The notes under the pieces are model-generated. The model was not told the origin of the DNA, made no database searches, and was given only the letters and a program-made list of their open reading frames with translations. Made by a program: the position numbers and the translations under genes. 64,000 bases of DNA. Source: a virus. Each line of letters begins with the position of its first letter. Within the stretch, counting starts at the first letter, position 1. The stretch spans positions 1,650 to 65,649 of the IMG/VR virus record IMGVR_UViG_3300028024_000007; one strand, given 5' to 3'. Positions 8,313 through 16,124 of the stretch are shown here, piece after piece.

Positions 8313-8899
8313 ACCAAGAGCCATTCGCGTGCGTGGTGGCCGACCCGCCCTGGGCGTTCTCGGACCAGCTCTCGGGGGAGAAGCGCGGCGCCGCCAGGAA
8401 CTACGACGTCATGTCGGTCGACGACCTCTGCCGCATCCCGCTCCCCCCGATCGCCGACGACGCCTACCTGTTCCTGTGGCGCGTCTCCGCGATGGTGGAG
8501 GAGGCCTACCGGGTCGTCCGGGCCTGGGGGTTCAAGCCGAAGTCGGAGGTCGTCTGGAACAAGCTGACGAAGACCGGCAAGCCCTGGTTCGGCATGGGCC
8601 ACCACGTCCGCGCCTCCCACGAGACCGCCATCCTCGCCGTGCGCGGCCGGCCGACCCGCTACAACGCCAGCACGCGGTCGTCGTTCTCCGCCCCCGTGCT
8701 CCGGCACAGCGAGAAGCCGGCGGCGTTCTACGCGCTGGTCGAGGGGCTCTGCCCGGGGCCGCGGGTCGAGCTGTTCGCCCGGGCGGAGCGCCCCGGGTGG
8801 ACGTGCCTCGGGAACGAGCTGGTCACGCCGACGGTGTTCCCGGTGGCGCAGTCCAGCCTGTTCGGAATCGGTCCGGCCAACACGGAGGGGGAGACATGA
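8309..8899 (+). CDS. MT-A70 family N6-adenine methyltransferase
   Basis: VVADPPW catalytic motif, YLFLW, GMGHHVRASHE, HSEKP and VELFAR..PGW...GNE; TTG start after AGGAGG. Confidence 0.9.
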   Translation: MNQEPFACVVADPPWAFSDQLSGEKRGAARNYDVMSVDDLCRIPLPPIADDAYLFLWRVSAMVEEAYRVVRAWGFKPKSEVVWNKLTKTGKPWFGMGHHVRASHETAILAVRGRPTRYNASTRSSFSAPVLRHSEKPAAFYALVEGLCPGPRVELFARAERPGWTCLGNELVTPTVFPVAQSSLFGIGPANTEGET

Positions 8900-9132
8900 T
8901 CGCCTGGCTGAAGAAGCTCCTCCGGCGCGAGCCACCGCCCCCGCCGCCTCCCCCCCCGGTCCTGGCCCACTGGGTCCCCGGGACGTTCGACCGATCTGCG
9001 TACTGCGGGGAGGGCGAACCGGGGGTCTACGCGGTGGACGCCCAGTCGTTCATGACGATGCGCGACCGCTGCACGCCGTGCTCGCGCGCGGCCTGGTCGA
9101 GGCTGATGGCGTACAGGACCAAGAACCGGTGA
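8896..9132 (+). CDS. Hypothetical protein with poly-Pro tract
   Basis: ATG 8896 coupled to the methyltransferase stop. Confidence 0.55.
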   Translation: MIAWLKKLLRREPPPPPPPPPVLAHWVPGTFDRSAYCGEGEPGVYAVDAQSFMTMRDRCTPCSRAAWSRLMAYRTKNR

Positions 9133-9143
9133 GGAGGTCAGTC

Positions 9144-9278
9144 ATGTGGAGAGAGCGAGACGGGTTCGGGTGGCTCGGGACGCTGAAGCTCGCGTGCGAC
9201 TTCGCGTTCGCCTGCGCGGTCGGGTCGGCTGCCGGCGCGGTCGTGGCGATCTGCTACGTGGAGATCTGGTGCAAGTGA
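9144..9278 (+). CDS. Small membrane protein
   Basis: RBS GAGGAGG; one hydrophobic segment. Confidence 0.5.
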   Translation: MWRERDGFGWLGTLKLACDFAFACAVGSAAGAVVAICYVEIWCK

Positions 9279-9288
9279 GGAGGGACTG

Positions 9289-10086
9289 ATGCCATTCCGA
9301 GACGGCGACGAGGTGGTCATGTTCGAGGGGACCGTGAACATCGACCGGCGCTCCGCCGACAAGCAGGAGCGATCCGTGCTCTGCCGCCTGCCGGACGGGA
9401 CCGAGCGGTTCGTGTCGCGGAACCAGTGCCCGAGCTACCAGAGTTTCGGGGAGCTGGACGAGGTGATCGACCTGGAGGTCTCCGCCTGGCTGGTGGGGAA
9501 GTGGGAGGAGGAGGGCCCGCCGCCGCACGCGGTGGTCCCGGGCGTGGTGGTCCTCCGCTCGAGCGAGAAGGCCATCCAGGTCCGTCTGCCGGACGGCACT
9601 GTCGCGTGGGTCCCGCTCCGGGGGATCGACAAGGACAGCCCGGTCAGCGGCGACGGCCAGCGCGGTGACCTGTGGGTCGCCGAGTGGCTCGCCAAGGCGA
9701 AGGGCTGGGGCCAGGGCGCCCCAGCCGCCAGCTCCGGCGGGGAGCGGGCCCGCCCGCGCCAGGCCAACATCGGGGACGACGCGCGGAGCGGGTACCGCGG
9801 GGATGACCTCGAGAACCCGGACCCGCACGGCGACGCGGCGGCCAAGGATGACGAGCCGGACTTCGCGGCGGGGGACGATGACCTCCCTTTTGACGAAGCC
9901 CCCGGGGGAGTCCCCGGGGGCGGAACGAACGAAGGTCTGCTTCAAGTGCCATCGGCGCAAGCGTGTCGGCCTGTTCTATCGGCATCCGAAGATGGCAGAC
10001 GGCTACCTCGGCAAGTGCAAGGTGTGCGCGAAGCGCGATGTTCGTCTGGGATACCTGGAGAACGTCGAAGCGAAGCGTGCCTATGA
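9289..10086 (+). CDS. Tandem beta-barrel-like domains plus acidic DDDLPF motif; SSB-like candidate (frame runs about 65 codons past the motif)
   Basis: Two internal repeats (VLCRLPDGTERFV...DLEVSAWL and IQVRLPDGTVAWV...DLWVAEWL), then a Gly/acidic linker ending in GDDDLPF, the usual SSB C-terminal tip. Confidence 0.55.
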   Translation: MPFRDGDEVVMFEGTVNIDRRSADKQERSVLCRLPDGTERFVSRNQCPSYQSFGELDEVIDLEVSAWLVGKWEEEGPPPHAVVPGVVVLRSSEKAIQVRLPDGTVAWVPLRGIDKDSPVSGDGQRGDLWVAEWLAKAKGWGQGAPAASSGGERARPRQANIGDDARSGYRGDDLENPDPHGDAAAKDDEPDFAAGDDDLPFDEAPGGVPGGGTNEGLLQVPSAQACRPVLSASEDGRRLPRQVQGVREARCSSGIPGERRSEACL

Positions 10087-10351
10087 TCGGGAGAGATTCA
10101 AACGGCCGGCGCGTCGGCGGTGGTCAATCGAGGCAGCGAAGAAGCAACGCGGTCTGTATCCAGATCGCTATCGTGCAAGGACCGCGGTGGGGAACGCGAT
10201 TAGGGACGGAAGGCTCGTTCGCGGTCCGTGTGAGACGTGCGGCACGGTGGTCAAAGTTGAGGCGCATCACGAGGACTACTCGAAGCCGTTACTGGTGAGG
10301 TGGTTCTGCAGGACGCACCACAGGGAACACGAAGGAAGGCTGGTCACATGA
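9878..10351 (+). CDS. HNH-like zinc-binding endonuclease
   Basis: CFKC...CKVC, then CETCG...EAHHEDYSKPLLVRWFCRTHH; lower GC than the flanks. Confidence 0.75.
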   Translation: MTSLLTKPPGESPGAERTKVCFKCHRRKRVGLFYRHPKMADGYLGKCKVCAKRDVRLGYLENVEAKRAYDRERFKRPARRRWSIEAAKKQRGLYPDRYRARTAVGNAIRDGRLVRGPCETCGTVVKVEAHHEDYSKPLLVRWFCRTHHREHEGRLVT

Positions 10352-10674
10352 AGACGCTGAAGGTCGAGCAGATGGGGACGGAGGTCCAGGGCATCAGGCT
10401 CTTGGGCGAAAGATGCAATCCTGAACCGACGCACGTTCGGATCGTGTTCCCGGGCGGCGACGTGGACGTCGCGCGCTGCGACGACGGGAGCTACTGGGTC
10501 CACGTTCGGGTGGACAGCGCGAAGGACGCGGTCGAGAGCGACGGTGGTCGCCCGGCCGGCAGGCTGGTCGACGCGCGCCTCGACGTCCGCGGGAAGCACG
10601 CCAGCGAGTGCGACGCCGGCGACTTCGCCGATCCTGGCCTGTACCACCTGGCCGTCCGGGTGGCGCGCGCGTAG
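10348..10674 (+). CDS. Hypothetical protein
   Basis: ATGA coupling. Confidence 0.6.
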   Translation: MKTLKVEQMGTEVQGIRLLGERCNPEPTHVRIVFPGGDVDVARCDDGSYWVHVRVDSAKDAVESDGGRPAGRLVDARLDVRGKHASECDAGDFADPGLYHLAVRVARA

Positions 10675-10704
10675 CAGCTCGGCGCCGTGATACCGTCTCT
10701 TCCC

Positions 10705-11355
10705 ATGGCGAAGAGAGCGACCAAGGTGGCCGTGGCGAAGGTCCAGGAGGAGGTGCGGATCGAATACGTCCGCCTCCCGGACGTCAAACCGGCGAAGCGG
10801 AACCCGAAACTGCACGACGTCCCGACGATCGTCGCGTCGATCCGGAGGTGGGGCTTCAAGGCCCCCCCGGTCGAGGACGCCGCCACGGGGAGGATCGTGG
10901 CGGGGCACGGCCGCAAGGAAGCGGTCGAGTTCATCAAGTCGGACACGCCGGGAGAAGTCCCCAGGGGCGTGAAGGTCGGGGAGGACGGCGAGTGGATGAT
11001 CCCCGTCGTGCGCGGCGGGACGTTCGAGAACGAGGCGGAGGCCGAGCAGTACCTGCTGGCCGACAACCGGCTGGTGGAGCTCGCCGGGTGGGATGAGAAG
11101 GTCCTCGGGTCCATGCTCCAGGCGGTTGCCGACCACGGCGGGGACGCGCTCGCGGCCATCGGATGGTCCGCCGACCAGGTCGCCTCCATCGCCGCGGGCT
11201 GGGACAGCGACATCACCGCCATCAGGAGCCACGGGGAGAACACCGACGGCATCCTGGCGAAGATCGTCGTGTTCTGCCCCCAGGCTGTGAAGGAGAAGGT
11301 CTCGAAGGTGGTCGCGGCGGCCGTGAAGCGGTTCCCGAAGGTGAAGATCGTTTGA
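10705..11355 (+). CDS. ParB/sulfiredoxin N-terminal-domain protein heading the DNA-modification operon
   Basis: RNPKLH...IVASIRRWGF..P, IVAGHGR..A and YLLADNRL.ELAGWD motifs. Confidence 0.85.
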   Translation: MAKRATKVAVAKVQEEVRIEYVRLPDVKPAKRNPKLHDVPTIVASIRRWGFKAPPVEDAATGRIVAGHGRKEAVEFIKSDTPGEVPRGVKVGEDGEWMIPVVRGGTFENEAEAEQYLLADNRLVELAGWDEKVLGSMLQAVADHGGDALAAIGWSADQVASIAAGWDSDITAIRSHGENTDGILAKIVVFCPQAVKEKVSKVVAAAVKRFPKVKIV

Positions 11356-12203
11356 TCGCGCCGCGTTCCGAGTCAGAGCTGCTGAACGTCCTGGTCGCGT
11401 ACCCGTACATGTCCGATCGGGTGATCAAGATCCTGTCGGACGGCCAGGAGAAGATCCGGTTCCTCCTCGACTCCGGCGCGTTCACCGCGTGGAAGGCGAA
11501 GAAGAAGATCGAGGTCGACGACTACTGCAGGTTCATCGAATCGATGCCGTTTAAGCCGTGGCGCTACTTCACGCTCGACGTGGTTGGCGACCCGGCGGGG
11601 ACGATGCGGAACTACCTCACGATGGTGAAGCGGGGCTTCAAGCCCGTGCCGATCTTCACCCGCGGCGAGGACTTATCTGTGATCGACGACTACTACGAGA
11701 CGAGTGACGTGGTCGGGGTCGGCGGACTGGTGGGGACGCCGGGGAACAAGGGCTTCGTGAACGGGGTAATGAAGCGGGTGAAGAGTCGTCGCTGCCACTG
11801 GCTGGGCTTCACCTCGGTCGAGTTCCTCAAGCACTACCGGCCGTACATGTGTGACTCGTCGACGTGGGAGGTGGCTATGTACGGCGGCTTGGTCCTGTAC
11901 GACAGGGCCGGGATGTCGGTGAAGCTGAGCAAGGCGGACTTCGCGAAGAGGCCGACGAAGCGCGTGGTGGACCTGATCAGGTCTTACGGCGTCGACCCAG
12001 CGGTGTTCGCGCGAGACGCGAGCGGCTGGTCGACGGTCGGTTCGGGGAACCGCATGGTCAACGCGATGAGCGCGGTCAGGATGTCGCTCGACGTCCAGCG
12101 ATCTCTGGGTACGCTGCTGTTCATGGCCGCGTCGGCTGGCAACGGAGACGTGGCGAGGTTACTGCACGGTTATGATTTCGAAATGAAGAGGGGGACCACA
12201 TGA
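11352..12203 (+). CDS. dpdA: TGT-fold DNA transglycosylase candidate (DpdA-like; inserts 7-deazaguanine into DNA)
   Basis: FLLDSGAFT (TGT DSGG-like), TLDVVGD, PVPIF..GED, VGVGGLV, HWLG and DSSTW motifs; coupled to queC. Confidence 0.65.
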   Translation: MIAPRSESELLNVLVAYPYMSDRVIKILSDGQEKIRFLLDSGAFTAWKAKKKIEVDDYCRFIESMPFKPWRYFTLDVVGDPAGTMRNYLTMVKRGFKPVPIFTRGEDLSVIDDYYETSDVVGVGGLVGTPGNKGFVNGVMKRVKSRRCHWLGFTSVEFLKHYRPYMCDSSTWEVAMYGGLVLYDRAGMSVKLSKADFAKRPTKRVVDLIRSYGVDPAVFARDASGWSTVGSGNRMVNAMSAVRMSLDVQRSLGTLLFMAASAGNGDVARLLHGYDFEMKRGTT

Positions 12204-12874
12204 AGACTCTGATCATCCTGTCTGGAGGCGCCGACAGCGCCGTGCTCGCGCACCACCTGGTGGACGCTGGCCACGAGCTCGAGGCCGTGTCGTTCGACTA
12301 CGGCCAGCGCCACAAGCGCGAGCTGGTGGCTGCCGCGACGGTCGCGCGCGACCTGGGGGTACCGCACCGGGTGATCGACCTCCCGGGCCTGGGCGCGCTC
12401 CTGAGCGGCTCCGCGCTCACGGACCCGAGCGTCCCGGTCCCGCACGGTCACTACGAGGCGGAGACCATGCGGCAGACCGTGGTGCCGAACCGGAACACGA
12501 TCATGCTCTCGATCGCGTGGGGCATCGCGTGCTCGTCCGGGTGCGACGCGGTCGCGCTCGGCGTCCACGCCGGCGACCACTACATCTACCCGGACTGCCG
12601 CCCCGAGTACCTCCAGGCGCTCGAGCGCGCGCTCCTCCTGGGGACCGAGGGCCACCGCAAGGAGCAGATGGGGCTGATCGCCCCGTTCCGCGACATGACG
12701 AAGCAGCAGATCGTGGCTCGCGGGCTCGAGCTCGGGGTCAAGTTCGAGCACACCTGGACCTGCTACGAGGGCGGCGCGTTCGCGTGCGGCAAGTGCGGGT
12801 CGTGCCGCGAGCGCCTGGAGGCGTTCGAGAAGTCCGGCGCCGTCGATCCGGTCGCGTACGCACCGGCGGCCTGA
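12200..12874 (+). CDS. queC: 7-cyano-7-deazaguanine (preQ0) synthase
   Basis: SGGADS, FDYGQRH, VPNRN, YPDCRPEY and TWTCY...CGKCGSC motifs. Confidence 0.97.
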   Translation: MKTLIILSGGADSAVLAHHLVDAGHELEAVSFDYGQRHKRELVAAATVARDLGVPHRVIDLPGLGALLSGSALTDPSVPVPHGHYEAETMRQTVVPNRNTIMLSIAWGIACSSGCDAVALGVHAGDHYIYPDCRPEYLQALERALLLGTEGHRKEQMGLIAPFRDMTKQQIVARGLELGVKFEHTWTCYEGGAFACGKCGSCRERLEAFEKSGAVDPVAYAPAA

Positions 12875-12887
12875 TAACGTCGCTGAC

Positions 12888-13562
12888 GTGGCGACGTCCG
12901 ACGATATCAGGGGACGGCTTGAAGCCGCCGGCCTCCCGTACCTCTCCAACGACAACGTCAGCCGGGCCGTCCAGCCGGGTGACCTGACTAGGATCGAGGA
13001 GGAGGTCGCCGGTCACGTCCGCGGCCTCCTCCGCTCCCTGGTCATCGACGTCGACCGCGACCCGGGCTCGCAGAAGACGCCCGAGCGGGTGGCCAAGATG
13101 CTGGTACGCGAGGTCATGTGCGGCCGCTACGAGCCGGTGCCGGCGGTGACCAGCTTCGAGAACACCAGGGAGCTCGACGAGGTCTACGCGGTGGGCCCGG
13201 TCGACGTGCGGTCCATGTGCTCGCACCACCTGGTCCCGGTCGTGGGGCGCGCCTGGGTGGGTGTCCTGCCGGACAGGAAGCTCATCGGCCTCTCCAAGTT
13301 CTCCCGCCTGACGTCGTGGGTGATGGCCAGGCCGCAGATGCAGGAGGAGGCGACCATCCAGCTCGCCGACCTGCTGGAGGAGATGATCGAGCCGCGCGGC
13401 CTGGCGCTGGTCGTCCGCGCGAGCCACATGTGCATGACCTGGCGGGGGGTCCGCGACTCGTCCGCGGAGATGGTCACCAGCGTCATGCGCGGGGCCTTCC
13501 TGGAGAAGCCCGCCGCGCGGGCGGAGTTCCTGGCCCTGGCGCGGCCAACACGCTCGACATGA
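12888..13562 (+). CDS. folE: GTP cyclohydrolase I
   Basis: TPERVAKM, SMCSHHLVP, GLSK, RPQMQE and HMCM..RGV...TS.MRG.F motifs. Confidence 0.97.
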   Translation: MATSDDIRGRLEAAGLPYLSNDNVSRAVQPGDLTRIEEEVAGHVRGLLRSLVIDVDRDPGSQKTPERVAKMLVREVMCGRYEPVPAVTSFENTRELDEVYAVGPVDVRSMCSHHLVPVVGRAWVGVLPDRKLIGLSKFSRLTSWVMARPQMQEEATIQLADLLEEMIEPRGLALVVRASHMCMTWRGVRDSSAEMVTSVMRGAFLEKPAARAEFLALARPTRST

Positions 13563-13978
13563 AGATCGCCATCACGAGGTACCACGACTTCTCGGCCGGT
13601 CACCGGGTCGTCGGGCACGAGGGCAAGTGCCGCAACCTGCACGGCCACAACTACAGGGCCCACTTCGACGTGGTCTCCGACCGCCTCGACGCCGTCGGCA
13701 GGGTGGTCGACTTCTCGGTCGTGAGGGACCGCCTGTGCGCGTGGCTCGAGGAGAACTGGGACCACCGCATGGTCCTGTGGGATCAGGACCCCGACCTAGC
13801 GGTGATCCGCGCGGTCGACCCGACCGTCGCGGTCGTGGGGTTCAACCCCACGGCGGAGAACCTGGCTCAGCACCTGGTGTTCGTGGTCGGCCCGGCGCAG
13901 CTCGCCGGAACGGGGTGCAGCCTCCAGGGCGTGACGCTCGAGGAGACGCGCAAGTGCGCGGCGAGCGTGACGGCGTGA
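13559..13978 (+). CDS. queD: 6-carboxy-5,6,7,8-tetrahydropterin synthase
   Basis: FSAGHR...GKCRNLHGHNY, GRVVDF and PTAENLA motifs. Confidence 0.95.
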   Translation: MKIAITRYHDFSAGHRVVGHEGKCRNLHGHNYRAHFDVVSDRLDAVGRVVDFSVVRDRLCAWLEENWDHRMVLWDQDPDLAVIRAVDPTVAVVGFNPTAENLAQHLVFVVGPAQLAGTGCSLQGVTLEETRKCAASVTA

Positions 13979-14649
13979 CCTACCCGGTGAACGAGGTGTT
14001 CCTGACTGTCCAGGGCGAGGCCGCGAACGCGGGGCTGCCGGCGGTGTTCGTGCGCCTGCAGGGCTGCTCGGTCGGTTGTGCGTTCTGCGACACCAAGCAC
14101 ACGTGGGAGCTCTCCGACCAGAACTTCGTCCCGCTCGCCAGGATGCTGGGGAAGACGGAGGTGGCGACGCCGCAGTACGCGGAGGTCGGCACCGACGACC
14201 TGGTCCAGGAGGTGGTGCGCGCGGCGCGCGGCGCGCGCCTGGTCGTCCTGACAGGCGGTGAGCCCGCCGACTACGACCTGGAGCCGCTGGCTTTTGGTCT
14301 CGAGGCGCGCGGGCTCCGCGTCCAGGTCGAGACGTCGGGGACGACGCCGGTCATGGTGACCAAGGACGCGTGGGTGACGGTCAGCCCGAAGATCCTCCAG
14401 GCCGGCGGGCTCTCCGTCGTCCGGGAGGCGGTCGAGCGGGCGGACGAGATCAAGCACCCGACCGCGACCCAGCGCCACGTGGACGAGCTCCGGGAGCTGC
14501 TGGCGATGGGGTGGCACCGGCCGGGGATCCCCGTGTGGCTCCAGCCGCTGTCGCAGTCCCCCCAGGCCACCGCCCGGTGCGTCGAGTGGTGCCGCCAGTA
14601 CGGCTGGCGCTTGTCGGTCCAGACCCACAAGTACCTGGGGCTGCGGTGA
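13975..14649 (+). CDS. queE: 7-carboxy-7-deazaguanine synthase (radical SAM)
   Basis: EVFLTVQGE, FVRLQGCSVGCAFCDT, LTGGEP, ETSG, TVSPK and WRLSVQTHK motifs. Confidence 0.96.
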   Translation: MTYPVNEVFLTVQGEAANAGLPAVFVRLQGCSVGCAFCDTKHTWELSDQNFVPLARMLGKTEVATPQYAEVGTDDLVQEVVRAARGARLVVLTGGEPADYDLEPLAFGLEARGLRVQVETSGTTPVMVTKDAWVTVSPKILQAGGLSVVREAVERADEIKHPTATQRHVDELRELLAMGWHRPGIPVWLQPLSQSPQATARCVEWCRQYGWRLSVQTHKYLGLR

Positions 14650-15965
14650 CCGACTACCGCCCCCGCCTGCTCGGGCGCCTCCCCGGGTTCTCCGACCGCG
14701 CCCTCGACCAGCACCTGGCGCTCTACGAGGGCGCCGCGCGCGAGCTCCAGGCCGCGCGCTCCCAGCTGCGCCTGGTGTCGGCGGCCGTGCCGCCCGCCGC
14801 GCTCTCGCTGCCCGCCGGTGACCTCCAGCGCGTCCTCGACACGCCGATCGGCCAGCTCCAGCTGTCGCTCGAGGGCGGCCGCCTGGGCGACGCGCTCGCC
14901 CGGCTCCGCGCCGAGACCAGGTCCAAGGGGATCACCTGGTGGCCGAACTTCTACCTGGGCGGCGACGACTTCTGGACCACGGACCGCGCCACCAGCGTGA
15001 ACCTCCCCTGGTACCTGGGGAGCGAGGCCACCTGGCGCATGGTGAACGACCGGCGCCTGAAGCTCACGGAGGACGACGTCCTGCGGATCCTCCGCCACGA
15101 GTACGCCCACGCGCTGCTCTACGCCTACGAGGGGTGGGAGGCGCCCGGCTGGGAGGAGGCCTTCGGCCCGTTCGGCGCCCCCTACCAGGACGCCTACGAG
15201 CCCGACGCGGCGGCCGCGGAGGACTACGTGGTCCACCTGTCCCGCCCCGGGCCCGGCCAGCTGGCGCACTACCCCCAGAAGCACCCGGACGAGGACTGGG
15301 CGGAGACGTTCGCCGTGTGGCTGGCGGGCGTGCGGCCCGGCGAGTACGAGGAGGGCACCGGCGCCGCCCGCAAGCTGGAGGTGGTGGCCCGCCTGGTGGT
15401 GGACCGGGGCAGGTTCTACGGCGACCCGAAGGTGACGGCGCTCGGCCGCCGCGAGCCGTACCAGCAGCTGACGGAGACGGTCGGCGACTACCTGGGGGCG
15501 CGCGCCGCCTACTCGGAGCACAGCGCCATCCTGCGCCGCCTGCCCGACCTGCACGCCGCGGTGAGGCTGCACGAGCTGCACTTCGAGAACCTGGCCCCGC
15601 CTGCCGGCGGGTACCTCGGCCTGAACACGGCGCTCCTGGCGGCCGAGGCGTTCGGCTCGACCGACGCCTGGCTGGCGGACCTGCGCGCCGCCGCCGGCAG
15701 CACGTCCGGGTGGTCCCTGGCGGCGTGGGACCCGAGGGAGCGCCGGGTCATCACCGCCCTGGTGGAGGGCGAGTCGCGCGGCGTCCCGCCCGGCTGCCAG
15801 ATCCTCCTGGCGGTCGACTGCCACGAGCACGCCTACGAGCTCGACTACGGCGCCACGGGGAAGCACCTCGGCCTGGCGGCGCAGTTCAACTGCGTGGACT
15901 GGCTCGAGGTCGAGCGGCGCCTGATGGTCGCCGCCGGCATCCCGTCAGACCTGGCGCTGGCGTAG
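14646..15965 (+). CDS. Fe/Mn superoxide-dismutase-fold protein with an inserted zinc metallopeptidase domain
   Basis: SOD N part LPGFSDRALDQHLALYEG. Insert with LRHEYAH and YPQKHPDEDWAETFAVWL. SOD C part LHELHFENL, FGS..AW, GW, and LAVDCHEHAYELDYG...VDWLEVERR. Confidence 0.75.
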   Translation: MTDYRPRLLGRLPGFSDRALDQHLALYEGAARELQAARSQLRLVSAAVPPAALSLPAGDLQRVLDTPIGQLQLSLEGGRLGDALARLRAETRSKGITWWPNFYLGGDDFWTTDRATSVNLPWYLGSEATWRMVNDRRLKLTEDDVLRILRHEYAHALLYAYEGWEAPGWEEAFGPFGAPYQDAYEPDAAAAEDYVVHLSRPGPGQLAHYPQKHPDEDWAETFAVWLAGVRPGEYEEGTGAARKLEVVARLVVDRGRFYGDPKVTALGRREPYQQLTETVGDYLGARAAYSEHSAILRRLPDLHAAVRLHELHFENLAPPAGGYLGLNTALLAAEAFGSTDAWLADLRAAAGSTSGWSLAAWDPRERRVITALVEGESRGVPPGCQILLAVDCHEHAYELDYGATGKHLGLAAQFNCVDWLEVERRLMVAAGIPSDLALA

Positions 15966-16124
15966 CTCGACCGCGTCATAACTTGACGGATCCGCGCCTG
16001 CTCGGCCGGATAGCTTGCTCTGGTATGGACCGCCACCGCGTCGCCCCCCGGAGGTCGCCGCGCGCGGCAGCCCGGCGGGGACTCGGCGGGGCCGGCCAAC
16101 ATGTCTCCCAGGAGGACGGAGACG

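Noticed and set aside
8932-8960. Poly-C/poly-Pro tract as a phase-variation site
   Set aside because: It is an in-frame mixed-codon proline run with no evidence of frame disruption.
12888-14649. Host-derived queuosine/folate auxiliary metabolic genes for tRNA modification
   Set aside because: No queF, queA or canonical tgt is present, and linkage to ParB-like and DpdA-like genes matches the DNA-modification context.
15983-16016. Promoter from TTGACG at 15983
   Set aside because: The nearest xAxxxT hexamer (TAGCTT) is 22 nt away, which does not fit the 17-18 nt spacing of the other sites, so it was left uncalled.
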